DNA of 64,000 nucleotides from Octopus vulgaris (taxonomy: Eukaryota): contig OX597825.1 of assembly GCA_951406725.2 (NCBI GenBank), positions 38,440,001-38,504,000 on the forward strand, in the 5' to 3' direction. Shown piece by piece: positions 1-14,209 of the stretch. Position numbers and translations under genes: made by a program. The notes below the pieces were generated by a model, which was given only the letters and a program-made list of their open reading frames with translations, was not told the origin of the DNA and ran no database searches. Position 1 is the first letter of the stretch. Each line of letters starts with the position of its first letter.

Positions 1-2861
1 AAATCTTGTCCTTAGATTTCATATAAGTGATATCTAAATGTAGTTATTCAAAGTACTTTTATAATCTGGATGCCATATTACCCAATGACAAAACCCAAAA
101 AATAAATGTTTCCCATATCTGTTATTTCAAACTAATTTCATGTAAAAAAAAATAAACATAAGATTAGGATTTAGAAATAACAATATAGAAATATGTATTT
201 CCTAAATATTATTTTATGAAACCTTTCTTTCTAATTCGTATATAATATTTAATTCATATCTAATGTCCGAGAAAAGTTTCAAGTAGGACTTTGAAATCGC
301 ATTTGTCTACATATCTATACAATGAACTCATATTAAGTAGACACTTTATTCATAACTCTACTGACGTAAGTCGATTGAATGAATTCGTATTAAACATTGA
401 TCACAATGTTTAAAACGAATGTTATATCGTGTCCCAAAACAAATAGTAAATCTCTCCAAAATGCAAAGTAGATATGACACTTGCTGCTGAAATAATTGAT
501 CAGTGGATATTTGAAAGTAAATGGGATTTTGCTCATCGGAGTTTACACAGTTTGAATAGAACTAATCCCCGTATAGGCAGTAAAATACGACAAAATACGG
601 GGCGGGGGCTCAATTCCAGAAGAGTCTTTTTCATATGTTCGGCAACTTTCTCAATGAATGGCCTGAAAAGGTTACAAAACTTATATCATCAAGAAAATAG
701 ACTATATTAGAATTTAGAAAATAACAGGTGGGACAACATGTCTTTAAAGAGACGTAACTGAATATGTACTTACATAGTATGGTAGTAAACAAAGAATCAG
801 TTTGTGTAGGTGATGCAATTCCTTATACGCTTTAAACTATTTCATTGGCTGACCTATGCACAAATAGATTGTATGTCTATAGTATACAATGACCTAAAAG
901 TCGCTGAATTTTGATGTCGCTGAATTTAAAAAGCATTGCTGAAAACTCTCTTATAATGTCTTTAATCATCCATATTGTTAACATTGCAGTATCAAATTTA
1001 CATATGCAGGCATTGATTCTCTTAGAGATACACATTCATAACGTTGACGTATTTTTTTTCATTTAAACTGTAACTTAAATAAACATGGAGAATTGAATGA
1101 TATTTATCGGCATTCATATATTTTCTAATAACATTAAGAAAATAAAAAGGTGACCTGATTTCTAATGTACAATCATATTTCATGGTCGAATTTTGACATA
1201 AAATGTCTGCATCTTCATTGCTTAGTTCATGGAAGTATTACAATGCTGGTTTCGTCTATTTGTACCAGTGATATGCCATTGTATTTCTATTATTATGAAT
1301 TTTATAGATGAGTGCATTGAAGTGTATTTACTCGTTAATCGAAAATGTATAAATTAGTTGTCTCCTAAGGAAACCTTCCTGTAACACTCCCTCACTAGAC
1401 AACGTATTTAGCAAGAACAGGATTGTAAAATAAAAAATAAAAGTAAAAAAATAATGACAAACAACAGTAGATACTAGTCATATAAGTGATGAAAAGAGCA
1501 AAACGAGTTTTCTGGAAGGGAATCCTACAAGATTAGATAAAAATTCTTTAATATGTCCGGGCTTGTGAAGAACTCATCGAAGAAAAGCACTAATTAAGTT
1601 GATTTAAATTGAGGGCAATATATTTATTTCGTTATACACATTTAATTTCTATATAAAGTAGTTTTAAATTTTAATGGAATTAATGATAAACGTGTTCCTC
1701 AATTTCCCTAAAAGTGTCATCTATCTCAGTTTTAGTAGATTAACTACCTCTCAATGCTACTGCATTTAGAATTACAGGTACTTAACAGAGGAAGCATATA
1801 TATAGCCATCGCTTTTTTCACGAAACACTTCAGACAATCGTGCAGTTCATTATAATTTACTGTGGCAAATTGAATAAACTGAATATCAACGAGCATTTCA
1901 TGAAATATATACACGTATATGACTGAGTGTGCGTTTGTGTGACTATGTTTTTGTGCGTGTATGTAAGTGAAGGAAAATGAAGATATACTATATAATGCAA
2001 TATAAATTTAGATTAATTAAAACTATATGATTACAAATGGTTTAAATGTAAAGCAAACAAAAATGGTTCTTCAGAAATTTATAAGAATGACAAACACAAA
2101 TATTCTTCCAATATTAGTTCCTGTATAATGCCATGTCTAGTTTCAGTAAAATTTAAAAGAATTCAATACAATATGTATGCAGGTGGAATTGGTACTTCTG
2201 ATATAAACCACTTTAACTGTCAAACCCACTTAAATTCAATTGAGGTTAAATAATTCCTATCGATTAAAAATCTATTAAATTCAAGAATTTCCGTCACCAC
2301 TCACCTAAACTTTTTATTTGTTTGAAATAACAAAACGTAATTTTATGCATTACTATTAACTTCAGTGAGTATGTTTGCACATTCTCAGACTAAACACCGA
2401 GACGAATCACCCTATTGCATTTAATTTTTTCGAGTCGATATTCACACTTGGTAGATAAGACAAATCACATGCACATACTAGAATCGATATTCTCGTTTAC
2501 AAAGCAGATTAGTAGGCTTTTGTCAATATAGTATGCTATTATATGAGAGATTCTGTCTTTCTGCGTTGCCAGTAAATTTCATGAATTATCAACAACTTAT
2601 CCGAAGTTGATCTCTGATATAAACAATCATTTCCTATGACAATTTCACAACCTTACAATTCCTATAATTTACTGCAGCCCTACGATTACGAAAATTACTT
2701 GATTTGCTCGTTTTACACAATCTATTACATCACCTAATACCACGAATCTACAAATGACTTGCTATATCTTAATATAACTTTATGAGTAAAAATATATTTA
2801 TTTAGAATAATATATGTTTTCTATCGAAAAGCTGAAATTGTTTGCACTATGTCTGCTTTTC

Positions 2862-2940
2862 GGGGTGCAGGAGTGGCTGAATGGCAAGAGGTTTGGTTCC
2901 CAAACACATGGTTCCGGGTTCAGGCCCACTGCGTGGAATT
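2862..2940 (+). mobile_element. tRNA-derived SINE 5' head (Octopus OR1-like), truncated
   Basis: GCAGGAGTGGCTG...CACATGGTTCCGGGTTCAGGCCCACTGCGTGG with A/B-box-like motifs; same family as the reverse-strand copy at 25295-25598. Confidence 0.7.
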
Positions 2941-2964
2941 ATGCTGAGCCCGTTACATACATAC

Positions 2965-3015
<51 letters not shown>

Positions 3016-3723
3016 GTGTGTGTGTGTATGTATGTATGTATAGCTGAAGGAAGGATTAAAATTAATCAAATGACATACTAAATATGTCTACCTACTGGAA
3101 ATCTCACTCAAAACTCTTATTTATATCATCAAAATTCACTGATGATAACTACTGCAATCAACCGTCTGAAGGTAAATGGGCTAAGACAATCTCCCAAAGT
3201 GCAATCAAGTATCTGGTCTCACGTGAACCGGTTTCTGCACTGGCAAAAATAAACTCATCTTTCTCAGCACGCGTTACCATGATAGAGACTCGTGTTGAAG
3301 TCTACACTGCAACTGATTCGTTTTGCACTGAAACAATGGCAGCCACCAGTATGAAAATAATTTCAATACTGAATAAATAATTCACGAACAAATAATTTGC
3401 ATATATAATTAAATAATTTCATATATAATTATGCAAGTATGTAGACAAATATATAAACAGAAATATACACTCATGTAAATATGTATATGTGAGTGTGCGT
3501 GTATGCATGTAAGTGTAGAAACTTACATAGTAGACAGGAACTGTCAAATATACATATATTTAACACACAATGAACAGCCTTCATCGCTTTTCGACACTTA
3601 CTAGAACAACATGCGATGTGGGCTGCACCGTATGAACAAATCAAGAGGCGCGAATGACCAATATTTTATATTCACGTAAAATATACACGTAAAAAAACTG
3701 GAACTACTAATTTGAATAATATA

Positions 3724-4600
3724 CAGTGTGTTCCGGATAAATTTGACTGTTAGCATAAAAAGCAAACAATATCCCACCTCAAAATAAAGTTATTTAAAAA
3801 AATATTAAATGATATCAACTGGATTCTGCTTGGAAGCTACGAGTTTGCATAAATTAAATATCCCCGCCTTCCAACTCAGTTTCAACACATCTGTTGAACA
3901 TGATGTTCCTCACTGTGTCCCTGTGAAAATGTTCCTCACCGTGTCCCTGTGAAAATCTTCGGATATCCACTAGATCTAGACCACCGGCATTGCTGTTGTA
4001 GGTAGAGTGGTTGGTGCTGTACTCAATTACGCTCCACATATATTAATTCATAGACATAAAATTGGACGTCACAAATTTAGAAATTATTTCTCAGACAACC
4101 ACTTCTCCACTCATTCCGGTGGTATGAAAAGGAGCCGATATCTGCTGCCACACACATGTCCTTCAAGCAACAACACTCTCAGCTAGGATTTGACACCAGT
4201 CCCCAGCAGCTTTACGTACTTGTTAGAATTGGTCCAAATGAGCCGTTCATCAGTAGTTCATGAACACCAGCGTTCAGACATAGACATTTCACTTGCCGTG
4301 ATATTTCGTGGTGGGAACGCTTTCGTAGCCTCCGTTACAACTGACCATGTCTTACAAACCATACAGTGTACACAGAATATTGAGTAGAAGTCCTGATATC
4401 GTCATTTGGATAATCGGCCTAAACTATTCAACTATGCCAGGTAATTCTTTTTTCAACTAGAAATCAAATTCTATGTTCACTAATGCTGGTCACTCTTCAC
4501 CAATACGTCAAGTAATTTCTGATAAAATAAGACATTAGAAATTGTCAAATTTAGCACGAAAATATAGAGTATGCTCAATTTTTTGTCTTAGACACACACG
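3724..4600 (-). mobile_element. Degenerate Tc1/mariner-superfamily transposon, maT/DD37D-like
   Basis: TA-flanked imperfect TIRs (TA-CAGTGTGTTCCGGATAAATTTGAC vs reverse complement of ...GACACACACG-TA). Minus-strand remnants WQQISAPFHT (cf. QQDSAPxH), YVKLLGTGVK, WSVIEYSTN and RCVETELEGGDI*. Confidence 0.7.
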
Positions 4601-4602
4601 TA

Positions 4603-6491
4603 CAACAATAGGACAAGTCAACAATAGGACCTCTCCAGAGACAAAATGGGGATGTAGTGAATAACCCTATTGAAATGGCAGAAATGTTGGGTCAACAGTA
4701 TGAAAGTGTCTTCAGTGAACCATCTAAAACCATGAAGATCCATGGCCCAGGAAAATTCTTCAAGGATATCGCCCATACTAAACCTACCCTATCCGACATT
4801 GATTTCAACCCAGAAGACATAGAAAGAGCCATAGACAAGCTCTCCATGCACTCGGCTGCAGGGCCTGGCGGTTTCAATGCCATGATACTTAAAAACTGCA
4901 AGGTACAATTGTTGAAACCCCTTTACATGATATGGAGGGAATCTATGGAAAATGGCAAAATACCAAATACATATAAAGAAGCACACATAACTCCAATACA
5001 TAAAGGGGACAGCAAATCAAAACCAAAGAACTACCGACCAATCTCACTGACATCACACATTATCAAGGTCTTCGAAAGAATATTTCGTGGAAAACTGGTT
5101 GAGTTCCTGGAATCCAACAATCTGATGAATTGCAACCAACATGGATTCAGGTTAGGTAGATCATGTCTTTCCCAACTACCGGCACACCATGACCAAATCC
5201 TAGAAAATCTAGAGAATGGATACAACACAGATGTTATTTACCTCGATTTTGCCAAGGCATTTGACAAGGTAGATCATGGCATCCTGGGTCACAAACTTCG
5301 AAAGCTAGGAGTAAGAGGAAAAGTTGGTACATGGATACATGAGTTCCTTACAAATAGAACTCAAACAGTCACTGTGAATGGAACCCATTCAACACCATCA
5401 CCTATGACCAGCAGTGTTCCTCAGGGTACAGTACTCGGCCCGATCCTGTTTCTCATCCTCATCTCTGACATAGATGAAGATACAACCAGCAACGTCTCAT
5501 CCTTTGCTGATGACACCAGGGTCATGAGACAAATCAAAGACGAGGTGGATACAGAGGCCTTACAAAAGGACCTGACCACCATATATAAATGGCAGAAAAC
5601 AAACAACATGTTGTTCAATGATAAGAAGTTTGAACTAATTCGCTACGGAACAGATCAAGATCTGAAAAATACAACAAACTACAGAAACCCATCAGGACAA
5701 CAAATAATGGAAAAACAGTATGTGAAAGATTTAGGCATCCACATGGGAACCAACCTAAAATTCAGAGAACACCTTGACTCAGTCTGTCTTACTGCAAGAA
5801 AGTACAGCGGGTGGATCTTGCGCACCTTCAAATCAAGAGATACCTCAACAATGAAAACCCTCTGGAACAGTATGATACTTCCGAGGATTGACTACTGTTC
5901 TCAGTTGTGGTCACCAACAACAAAGGGCCAACTATCTAAGATGGAATCGCTCCAAAGAAATTTTACCTCATACTTCTCAGAAACGAGGGACCTGGAATAT
6001 TGGCAAAGACTCAAAACCTTGAGGATGTACTCAATAGAAAGAAGATTTGAGTGATACCGAATTATATACATTTGGAAAATGATAGAGCAAAAGGTGCCAA
6101 ACTTTGGTATCAAAACCTACAACTCACTGCGCCACGGAAGACGCTGCCAGCTACCACCAATCAACAAAAAGGCTGGCCAGGCAGCAAAAACCCTGCGAGA
6201 ATCAAGTCTGTTGGTTCGAGGAGCACAACTATTCAACTCCATTCCGGTACATGTCAGAAACCTATCAGGATGCAGTGTGGAATCATTCAAATTGCAGCTG
6301 GATAGATACTTAAGCACCATTAGAGATGAACCCCATCTCCCAGGATATACACAACGAGCACAAACTGACTCAAACTCGCTCCTACACATGTCAAAATTAA
6401 ACAGAGAATACAACCTGGCAACCACACCAGACTCTGAGGGTGGAGTCTTCGACTTGGCCTGAGCATGGACTCAAACTCAAATGAAATGAAA
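4603..6491 (+). mobile_element. 5'-truncated CR1/L2-group non-LTR retrotransposon (LINE)
   Basis: Continuous RT-ORF2 frame from KSTIGPL (4615) to the stop at 6462; short 3' UTR ending in (CTCAAA)2(TGAAA)2; no endonuclease domain present. Confidence 0.93.
4615..6462 (+). pseudogene. Reverse transcriptase ORF2 (RT plus C-terminal domain) with one in-frame stop
   Basis: Motifs NYRPISLTS, QHGFR, YLDFAKAFDKVDH, VPQGTVLGP, FADD, KDLGI. ORFs 4657-6054 and 6079-6462 share one frame, split by TGA at 6052-6054 (RRFE*YRIIYIWK). Confidence 0.92.
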
Positions 6492-6501
6492 ACACACACA
6501 G

Positions 6502-6545
<44 letters not shown>

Positions 6546-6566
6546 GTATGTATATATATATCTATG

Positions 6567-6644
<78 letters not shown>

Positions 6645-7120
6645 TAAATACATGTATCGAATTAAGAGATTGTAAATAGTGTTTGTAGTATTCAGTCACC
6701 ATTACATGTGCTTCATTTGATAATATGAGTTACAATTGTACATGAACGGTAAATATATAAGATATCTCTTAACAAAAATTCTTCAAACAGAGAAAATAAT
6801 AATACACATACATGCTTGTTATCATCCAGTTAGTATTTCTAGATTATTAGCCAATAGAGAAAAAGTCGGTTTCTAACAAAAATGAAAACATATTTCATGT
6901 GAATTTAAACAATATCAACAAGATTTTTGTGCAAATTTCCTGTGTATGTGTACAATACTTGCTGTCATTGTACATGCAGCGATGCATGATAAGTTTTATA
7001 TCTGAATATAGGTATCTCTGTAAGTATGTGTCCAGAAGGTATGGAGAGTTGACGACATCGCTAACAGCATAAATTGCGCGAAACCAAGGATAGTTCCCTG
7101 TCGGGCAATAACTATTGATT

Positions 7121-7213
<93 letters not shown>

Positions 7214-7779
7214 AAATATATATATAGCAAATTAATATTATTCAGTATTAGCAATTTCAACCAGTGATCAGCATATTTCAAAAAGTGTCAGGACCGTGAA
7301 TTCTATTTAAATATAAGCAATAGGAGAGACCACCATGTGGATACTTTGTATACTAAACCTAGACGTGAAATCGTCTTATCATGAAATTTGTGTTCTCAAA
7401 TTAGCAAGTTGCTAGACAACTGAAAAGAAGTAACCATAACACTGACGAGAAGTAAACATAGCACTGAATTCCATATCTTAAGGTTTTGACATGATTATTC
7501 AATAATTTCGTGGCAAGACGGTTTGGTGTCTATCTTTAGCATACAAGGCAGCCACATAGTGATCACTCCTATTGTTTATATATATATATATAATATTTTC
7601 TTTATATAGAATTGCAGCGAATTCAATATGATCAGGAGAAAAAATACATATTTTTTTCTTTATATAGAACAAAGGATAAAATCGTATTAATAATTTTATC
7701 AAATGGCCGGCGTGAAATAAAACCTCGTAGGTAACGTTTTATGCTAGACTTATAATTATATAGATAATTATATCAAAGA

Positions 7780-7976
7780 GTGCGGATTAACCACAACAGC
7801 ATGCACGCTAGAAATAGTTGCCAATTGACTCTAAAACCACCTCAATACTCCATTTGTACAGGTTTTTGTACAATACTCCATTTGAACATCGGGCAGTTGA
7901 AAAATATATAAGACCTGAGGTGTTTTTAGAGTCATTTAGCATCTATTTCTAGCAAGTTGTTGTGGTCAATCTGCAC
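7780..7976. repeat. MITE-like foldback with ~60 bp imperfect inverted arms
   Basis: GCTAGAAATAGTTGCCAATTGACTCTAAAACCACCTCA (7807-7844) pairs with TGAGGTGTTTTTAGAGTCATTTAGCATCTATTTCTAGC (7916-7953). Confidence 0.75.
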
Positions 7977-8054
7977 CTTTTATTATAATTTCACGGAAGC
8001 ACGCTGCCCCTTCGTTTAAGCCATCGCAAAAATCGATGTACAAGGAAAAGACAC

Positions 8055-8520
8055 TGTAAAACAAAGATGCGGCACGTGAATGTACGCATGAATCGGAAGA
8101 TGCCCGTCGGCAGACTGACGCCTGACGGGCGTAACAATAGCGGCGAAAACTTGAACTATAAAGGGTTTCTCCCACAGAGAACGTTTCCGGTTTCTTTATG
8201 GAGTCAAAGAGACAGAGAGAAATGTGAGAGGATAGAATGGTGAAAGGAAAGAAGGTTTGAATGACAGATTCTGGAGTGAGAGGAGAGACAAAAAGAAGCA
8301 TAACTTTGTTTCAACAACTTTGTTAAACAAAATGTATCAACTGAAAAATACGACGTACTTCCTCTGCGAGAATAACGCCTGTCTCTGCAGGATTGAATTG
8401 ATTACGGAAGACAAAAGGATAAATAAAAATAGACGTTTGTCGGCCAGCATTGAGAATATTTATAAACTAACAATTGACTCGTGGTTTCCGTCATCTATGA
8501 AAGAACAGGTGGCGACAGTT
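8055..8520 (+). mobile_element. Possible LTR relic with a PBS-like sequence
   Basis: Begins TGT; contains a TATA-like motif (~8157) and AATAAA (~8422); ends ...AACA followed by GGTGGCGACAG; 5' portion repeated at 8733-8860. Confidence 0.35.
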
Positions 8521-8698
8521 TTCCTAATTTTTGTTCTCTGCTTAATTCAGTTAATCTGCAATTCGCCTCATCGCACAGAAAGTCAACTAATGCCTTTATA
8601 GTCCAAAGCTAGTACACAGAAGCAACATCCTTGATCGATATAGGATTTAAAATTTACGAAGCCCCTTTACATAATTATTATTGGTTCACTTTAGGAGG

Positions 8699-8731
<33 letters not shown>

Positions 8732-10540
8732 CACAAAGTCGCGGCACAGGGCAGTGCGAATGCATCAGATGCCCGTTGGCAGACTGATACCTCATGGGCG
8801 TAATAAGTGGCTTCTAGCGGGGGAATCCTGACACATATAGGGCTTGTCTCACAGAGAATACTAGAGTTTAGAAAATCACGGTGATGTGATTTGTTTCCTT
8901 GCAAGAATACAAATTCTATCTCAGTGTTATTGCCGGACAGCAAATAACTTACTTGTTTTTTTTTTCTTTATTTTATTTTATACATGCTCCAAAATCATAT
9001 ACTGAAACTAGAACCGACCAAAATTTGGCATCAGACTTTGATGCAGTGCTTCCACAGTGATCGATTATTAACATTAAACTATAGTAACATTATCAGAATA
9101 GACATAAAACAAAGGCATAATATTCCATGTATTAAATTTGACTTTGATATAGTAGAGTAGAGAAAATATAGAGCAGAAATCCATTAAGCAATTGCTCACG
9201 GGAACATAACAACACTTAGATATTAGCTCGCTAAAACGTTATGGTAAAGTTATATAGAAATATAATGATACGAAGTTCGTATACGATATGATATTACGTT
9301 TACTTGCAATGTAAACGGTTTGAATTTTAACAGATGATCTCGAATATTATAGAGTTTGTTATTTCTAAATTATACATTCTAGCTACGCACGCAGCCGAAA
9401 CCATAATACCTTAATGTAACTAAATAATTGTTTCTCACATTTTGGTGGGGGCATAGGACAGTAGTTTGTGGAATGGTCGATCATGTAATTCATTTTTTTT
9501 CTCATCTCAAAGAAAGAATTTAACCACTGCGAGTTTAAACTAACAACGTAAAGATAAAGAAAAAATAGAGTTTATAAGTCAGACTTTCTAAATGTATGGC
9601 ATTTCATAACCGAATAATACCAAGAACTTTTTTTGTTAAGCTGTGCTTCCTTGAATGCAACAGCTCTCAGAAATAAAGAGATTCTCTGGAGGAATTTGAG
9701 ACAAAGGAAGTTGTGTTTTTATCATTTACGAGCCAAAATGGACGCTTTTTTCATCTGTTGCTCGCCTTCACATATGTATCTAATCTCTCTATCTCAAAAC
9801 AGCTAAATTAAAATTGATACGATGTATAATGTAATCTAGGATAGAATACGTGAATACAACAGTGGGAGTCATAGTTGGTATGTCCTGTCACGAACCTCAG
9901 AAATTGGTGCAGATTTAGTAGCAAACAACAACCAAAGGGATTGTCTTTTTAGCAGCATTATGAGTAATTAGTTCAAACGCATAAACTAGGAAACTTCGAC
10001 AGAACCGGATGTAGACAGATATCTCTGTAAGCAATATTAGTATATATGATTTTGATCTGGGCAATCATGCCTCTACAAAACTTTATTGTAGACTATGACT
10101 CCGTTTGAAAAGGTACCGTCATGATCTTAATGATATTTCATAACAGAATAGAGACGAACAGATTGCAGGAACAAAATAATTGGTTTATTAGTAACTCGAT
10201 GTAAACGTTAAAATCCATCTCTGTATATTTCTGTTTTGTACGAGTGTACATTGTAAATTTTATGTCGGGGTATATCACCAATAAAGACATTAAAATACCA
10301 TACCGCCACCACCACACTGCAAATGTCACCACCACCACCACCACCACCACCACCACCAAAAACAACAATAACACATAAACCGTGACGACCACTATTCCCC
10401 TATAATCATCGTCGTCGTCGTCGTTGTCGTCATCATCATCATCATATTACTATTATTATCATAGATTTATAAACATGATTTTTTCTTAATTTGAATGGTG
10501 AACTCTATAAATTGAATAGCAATATTAGTTATGTGAAGGG

Positions 10541-10870
10541 GGCAGTGAGCTGGCAGAATCGTTAGCACGTCTTTACGTTCTGCGTTCAATGCCGCGAGGC
10601 CGACTTTACTTTTCATTCCTTCAGGGTCGATAAAATGAGTATATGTTGAGCACTGGTGACAAAATTACTGGCCTTGTGCCAAAATTTGAAATTAATATTA
10701 GTAATGTGAAGCTGTCGATTTTCACTTTGCCTTTCACCCTTTTCGTTTTGATAAATTATATAGCAACAGAGAACTGGGTGGGGGCGATGTAATTGACTGA
10801 AAATCATCACAACCCCCGAAATTGCTGGCCTTGAGCCAAAATCTAAAACGAATAATGTGAATATTATCAT
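10541..10870 (+). mobile_element. tRNA-derived SINE with a Nin-DC-like central domain (two adjacent fragments)
   Basis: GGCAGTGAGCTGGCAGAATCGTTAGCAC head; TTTCATTCCTTCAGGGTCGATAAAATGAGTA domain; second domain and tail copy at ~10715-10870. Confidence 0.75.
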
Positions 10871-11844
10871 TGCTTTACTGTTCCGATGTGAATTATATGA
10901 ATATGCCAGCAAATAGAGACAGAAGACCACTTATATTAATACATGTTGCAATATTCTGTAATAACAAAGAAACGCGTAATTGGAATGATGATTATGTGTC
11001 AGATTGTTGAATGGAAACAGAGCTATAAAATGCCTCCATAGTTTCATATTGTCAATTCCTAAACAGAGTTTGAGGCAGAATATAAATGAATGGAAAAAAA
11101 ATCATTTAAAATGAAACAGAATATACGAGCTATTATGATTTCAATAACTACGTAAGTGCATGACTACCCGCTTCAGAAGTTCACTTCTTAAGCACGTATT
11201 TTCAAATTCGCTTCCACTTCGCATATTTCATATTTCATTATGTTTTAAAATATCACGCTGAGATTGATATTTAGTAGACGGTAACGATTGTACAGAAACA
11301 AGCATAAATACATACATGCGTGCAGTCATATACAAACATTGTTCCAGTGAAAGACCAATTTCAAATCGTCCGTTATCTCGCTAGAGATAACCATATTTCT
11401 TTCAAAGTTTGGTGTGCAATATGTAAAAAGGTGAGTATGCTTGATAATGTACTGCCCAATGCATCAATCAGTAAAGATTGTTAATAACATGACTCGCACT
11501 GGAAATATTTGCACGAGTTATGACTTCAACTTAAGCAAAGAACAGTAGCCATGAAAACTACATCAATGTTCATAGCAATTGTACCGTCGATAAATTCCAT
11601 TCGATTATCATGATGAAATATGTACTAGTATCATATACTAGCAGATAGGATCGATTACATTAAAATGAAAAGCTAGATTAGCTTAAAACAATTGAATATA
11701 GTGTAAAAAAAGCGTTGTCATGCACTAATTTAAAAACGACAGATATTTAAGAGATTTGAAAGGCACAGAGCAATAATTCTTAACTGAAGAGGTGAATTTA
11801 GAAACAATGAAAAACTCTAGGCATGTATATATGTAAATGCGCAC

Positions 11845-11879
<35 letters not shown>

Positions 11880-11932
11880 AATGTATATACTTCCACACTT
11901 ATATACATATATATTTATATATACACACACAC

Positions 11933-12036
<104 letters not shown>

Positions 12037-12049
12037 TGATGTTTCAGCT

Positions 12050-12895
12050 CTATCATCGGACTGAAAGGCGGATTCTAAATTAAGGAGGAGAACAGAAAGA
12101 CTTGAAGATGACCCATGGCCTGTACGTCCGGCAACTAAAAATCTCGATGAAAAGATCGTGTTACATACGTGGAGATGGATGTCAGGTGATTGACTATAAA
12201 TCAAATTTTCAATGCTATTAGCATATCCCGTGAGGAAGATGTGAATATTCTGCTGAATGAACTTGGTATGACAAAGCTTTATGCTCGGTGGGTGCTACAC
12301 CTAACACCTGTTCAAAAGTGTACCAGAATAATTACATAACGGAAAAATCAGACAATGTTTGAGCAGATCCAGCTAGTTTCATTGACCGTTTCCCAAGCAA
12401 GGATAAGTGCACAAATTCATGGTCCAAGTGGCTGCTCCCAAAGAAGGCCTAGTCCGTTTCATGTGCAGGGACACAAAAAGCATTTTCTTTATTGAAATGT
12501 GCTACACCATCAAATGAGCTTAAAATGCAATCATGATGACGCTGTTACGAAAGGCTATCAATCCCGAGAGCCCAGAGAAACACCGTTGATATTTGTCTTG
12601 TTTCGTCAGAAAAATGCGCCAGTGCACAAATTCATGGTCCAAGTGGCTGCTGCGTGTAGTTGTGACATTCAACTGGTTGATCAGCGTTCTATCCTTTTGA
12701 TTTGAACCCATGTCATTATCCTATATAAATAAACACTTGGCTGGGATGCTGTTAAGGAAAAGTTTCACCAACAGGACAGAAGGTTCTGCACTACAACACC
12801 GGTGGATGACGTGCTTGGACCGCACAGAGGACTATGTCGAAGAATAGGTCTCATTCCATGAGAGCATCTAGGCCAGTCTGTGTATCTTTCGCTAT
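12050..12895 (+). mobile_element. Degenerate mariner transposon
   Basis: Frameshifted remnants LEDDP..RPAT, ELGMTKLYARWV (WVPxxL motif), a decayed YSPDL region and EDYVEE*; 3' end similar to the 50035-51240 copy. Confidence 0.8.
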
Positions 12896-12994
12896 ATACA
12901 ACCGGCATAATTTTGTTAACATGCCCCCTTTTTTAAAATTTAGATGGTTTAACGTTAATGCCAACTAAAGACATATTAATCATCGCAATATCAA

Positions 12995-13172
12995 TTGTAG
13001 TTTCAAATTCTGCAACAAGACACCATATTCAGATGGGCAGATAAGTCGATTGTATCGACCGCCATTGTTCAACTGGTACTTATTTGAACGACTCCGAAAG
13101 TATGAATGAAAATTCGGAAGAATGCCACTGCGCATTTTCTCAGCATCGTAAGAATCCTGCCAGCTCACCACC
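12995..13172 (-). mobile_element. Nin-DC-like SINE
   Basis: Reverse complement reads GGTGGTGAGCTGGCAGG...TTTCGGAGTCGTTCAAATAAGTACCAGTTG...GGTCGATACAATCGACTTA. Confidence 0.75.
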
Positions 13173-14209
13173 TTTACCGCAATTAATATTTGTTGAATAT
13201 ATTTGTCATTTGAAAGAAGTCATTTGAAATTTCTTGGCAAGTCTAATGCTAACGTAGATCTTATATTGCGAATTAGAATATCCAATAAATTCCTTTATTC
13301 AACACACACACACGCACACACACACACACACACCCGCACACACACACACACGCACATGCACACAAGCACACATACACACACGTATATATATATGTACACT
13401 TGTATGTATACATATATGCACCCTTCATCCATCCACCTACGCACCATATTTGCCAGTCACCACCACAGGTGCGTATCTCAAGTAATTGACCTAATACTTT
13501 CTGGTTGGATTTCCAAGTGTAACCAATTCAGATGATGGATACTAACCAATCATTTATGTTTTTAATTTCTAAGCCTGAAATATAACGGATGTATGATCCA
13601 TACCATAAAAGCAATTATAAATAACGATAATAAAAAAAGGCAAAATAACCCCTTGAAACATTTCCCAAGGAAAACTTTGAAAAACATGTAAATCACGTAA
13701 GTCAATATACTAAAACGAAAATTAAAGAGGTAATCTGCATGTCATCTTATAACTCGAGACCAATAATCTTATTCTGTCTACGATAAACGTTTCCTTTGCC
13801 GGTTATGGAATATAATGAAAAACCACTTTGGTTAATCATGCGGCCATTACGCCATACAAAATAGGAACATATCTTTGCCAAGTTTAAAAAAAAAAAAATG
13901 AAAATAATTTTAAACATGAAACATACAGGTTTTCCCTATTTGATTTTCTAATTGAAAAATTAAAATTGTGTTAATTTCGTGGTTTTATATTATGTTCTTG
14001 CTTTCTATGTTTAACCGACCACTTACATGTGCGGTGTTTTCAGTTTATATATTGTATTTCGTTGATATTATTTACATAATTTACATAATTTCTGAGCTAT
14101 GTTTAGTAGTACTGTTTTATGTGGAATGTACATTGGAGATTCGGTATTTCTGTGCATATATTTAATCTTACTCAAATACTAATTATTATGCGCATTTAAT
14201 TTGTTGCAG

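Noticed and set aside
895-1300. Possible Sola-like DNA transposon end (GTCGCTGAATTT duplicated)
   Set aside because: No partner TIR or convincing transposase motif
3084-3380. 98 aa ORF, and minus-strand FHTGGCHC resembling the CENP-V/GFA motif
   Set aside because: No further domain similarity and stops in all minus frames; probably chance
3905-3957. 26 bp tandem duplication
   Set aside because: Ordinary slippage duplication inside a dead transposon
6052-6054. In-frame TGA as selenocysteine or programmed readthrough
   Set aside because: The position corresponds to Arg in RRxERY; CGA>TGA decay is simpler and I see no SECIS
4590-6509. AGACACACAC on both sides of the LINE as a target-site duplication
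   Set aside because: Low complexity, not flush with the junctions, and the left copy is part of the transposon TIR
7045-7105. TTGACGA...GAAAC as another hammerhead
   Set aside because: Stems I and III and the UH site are not satisfied
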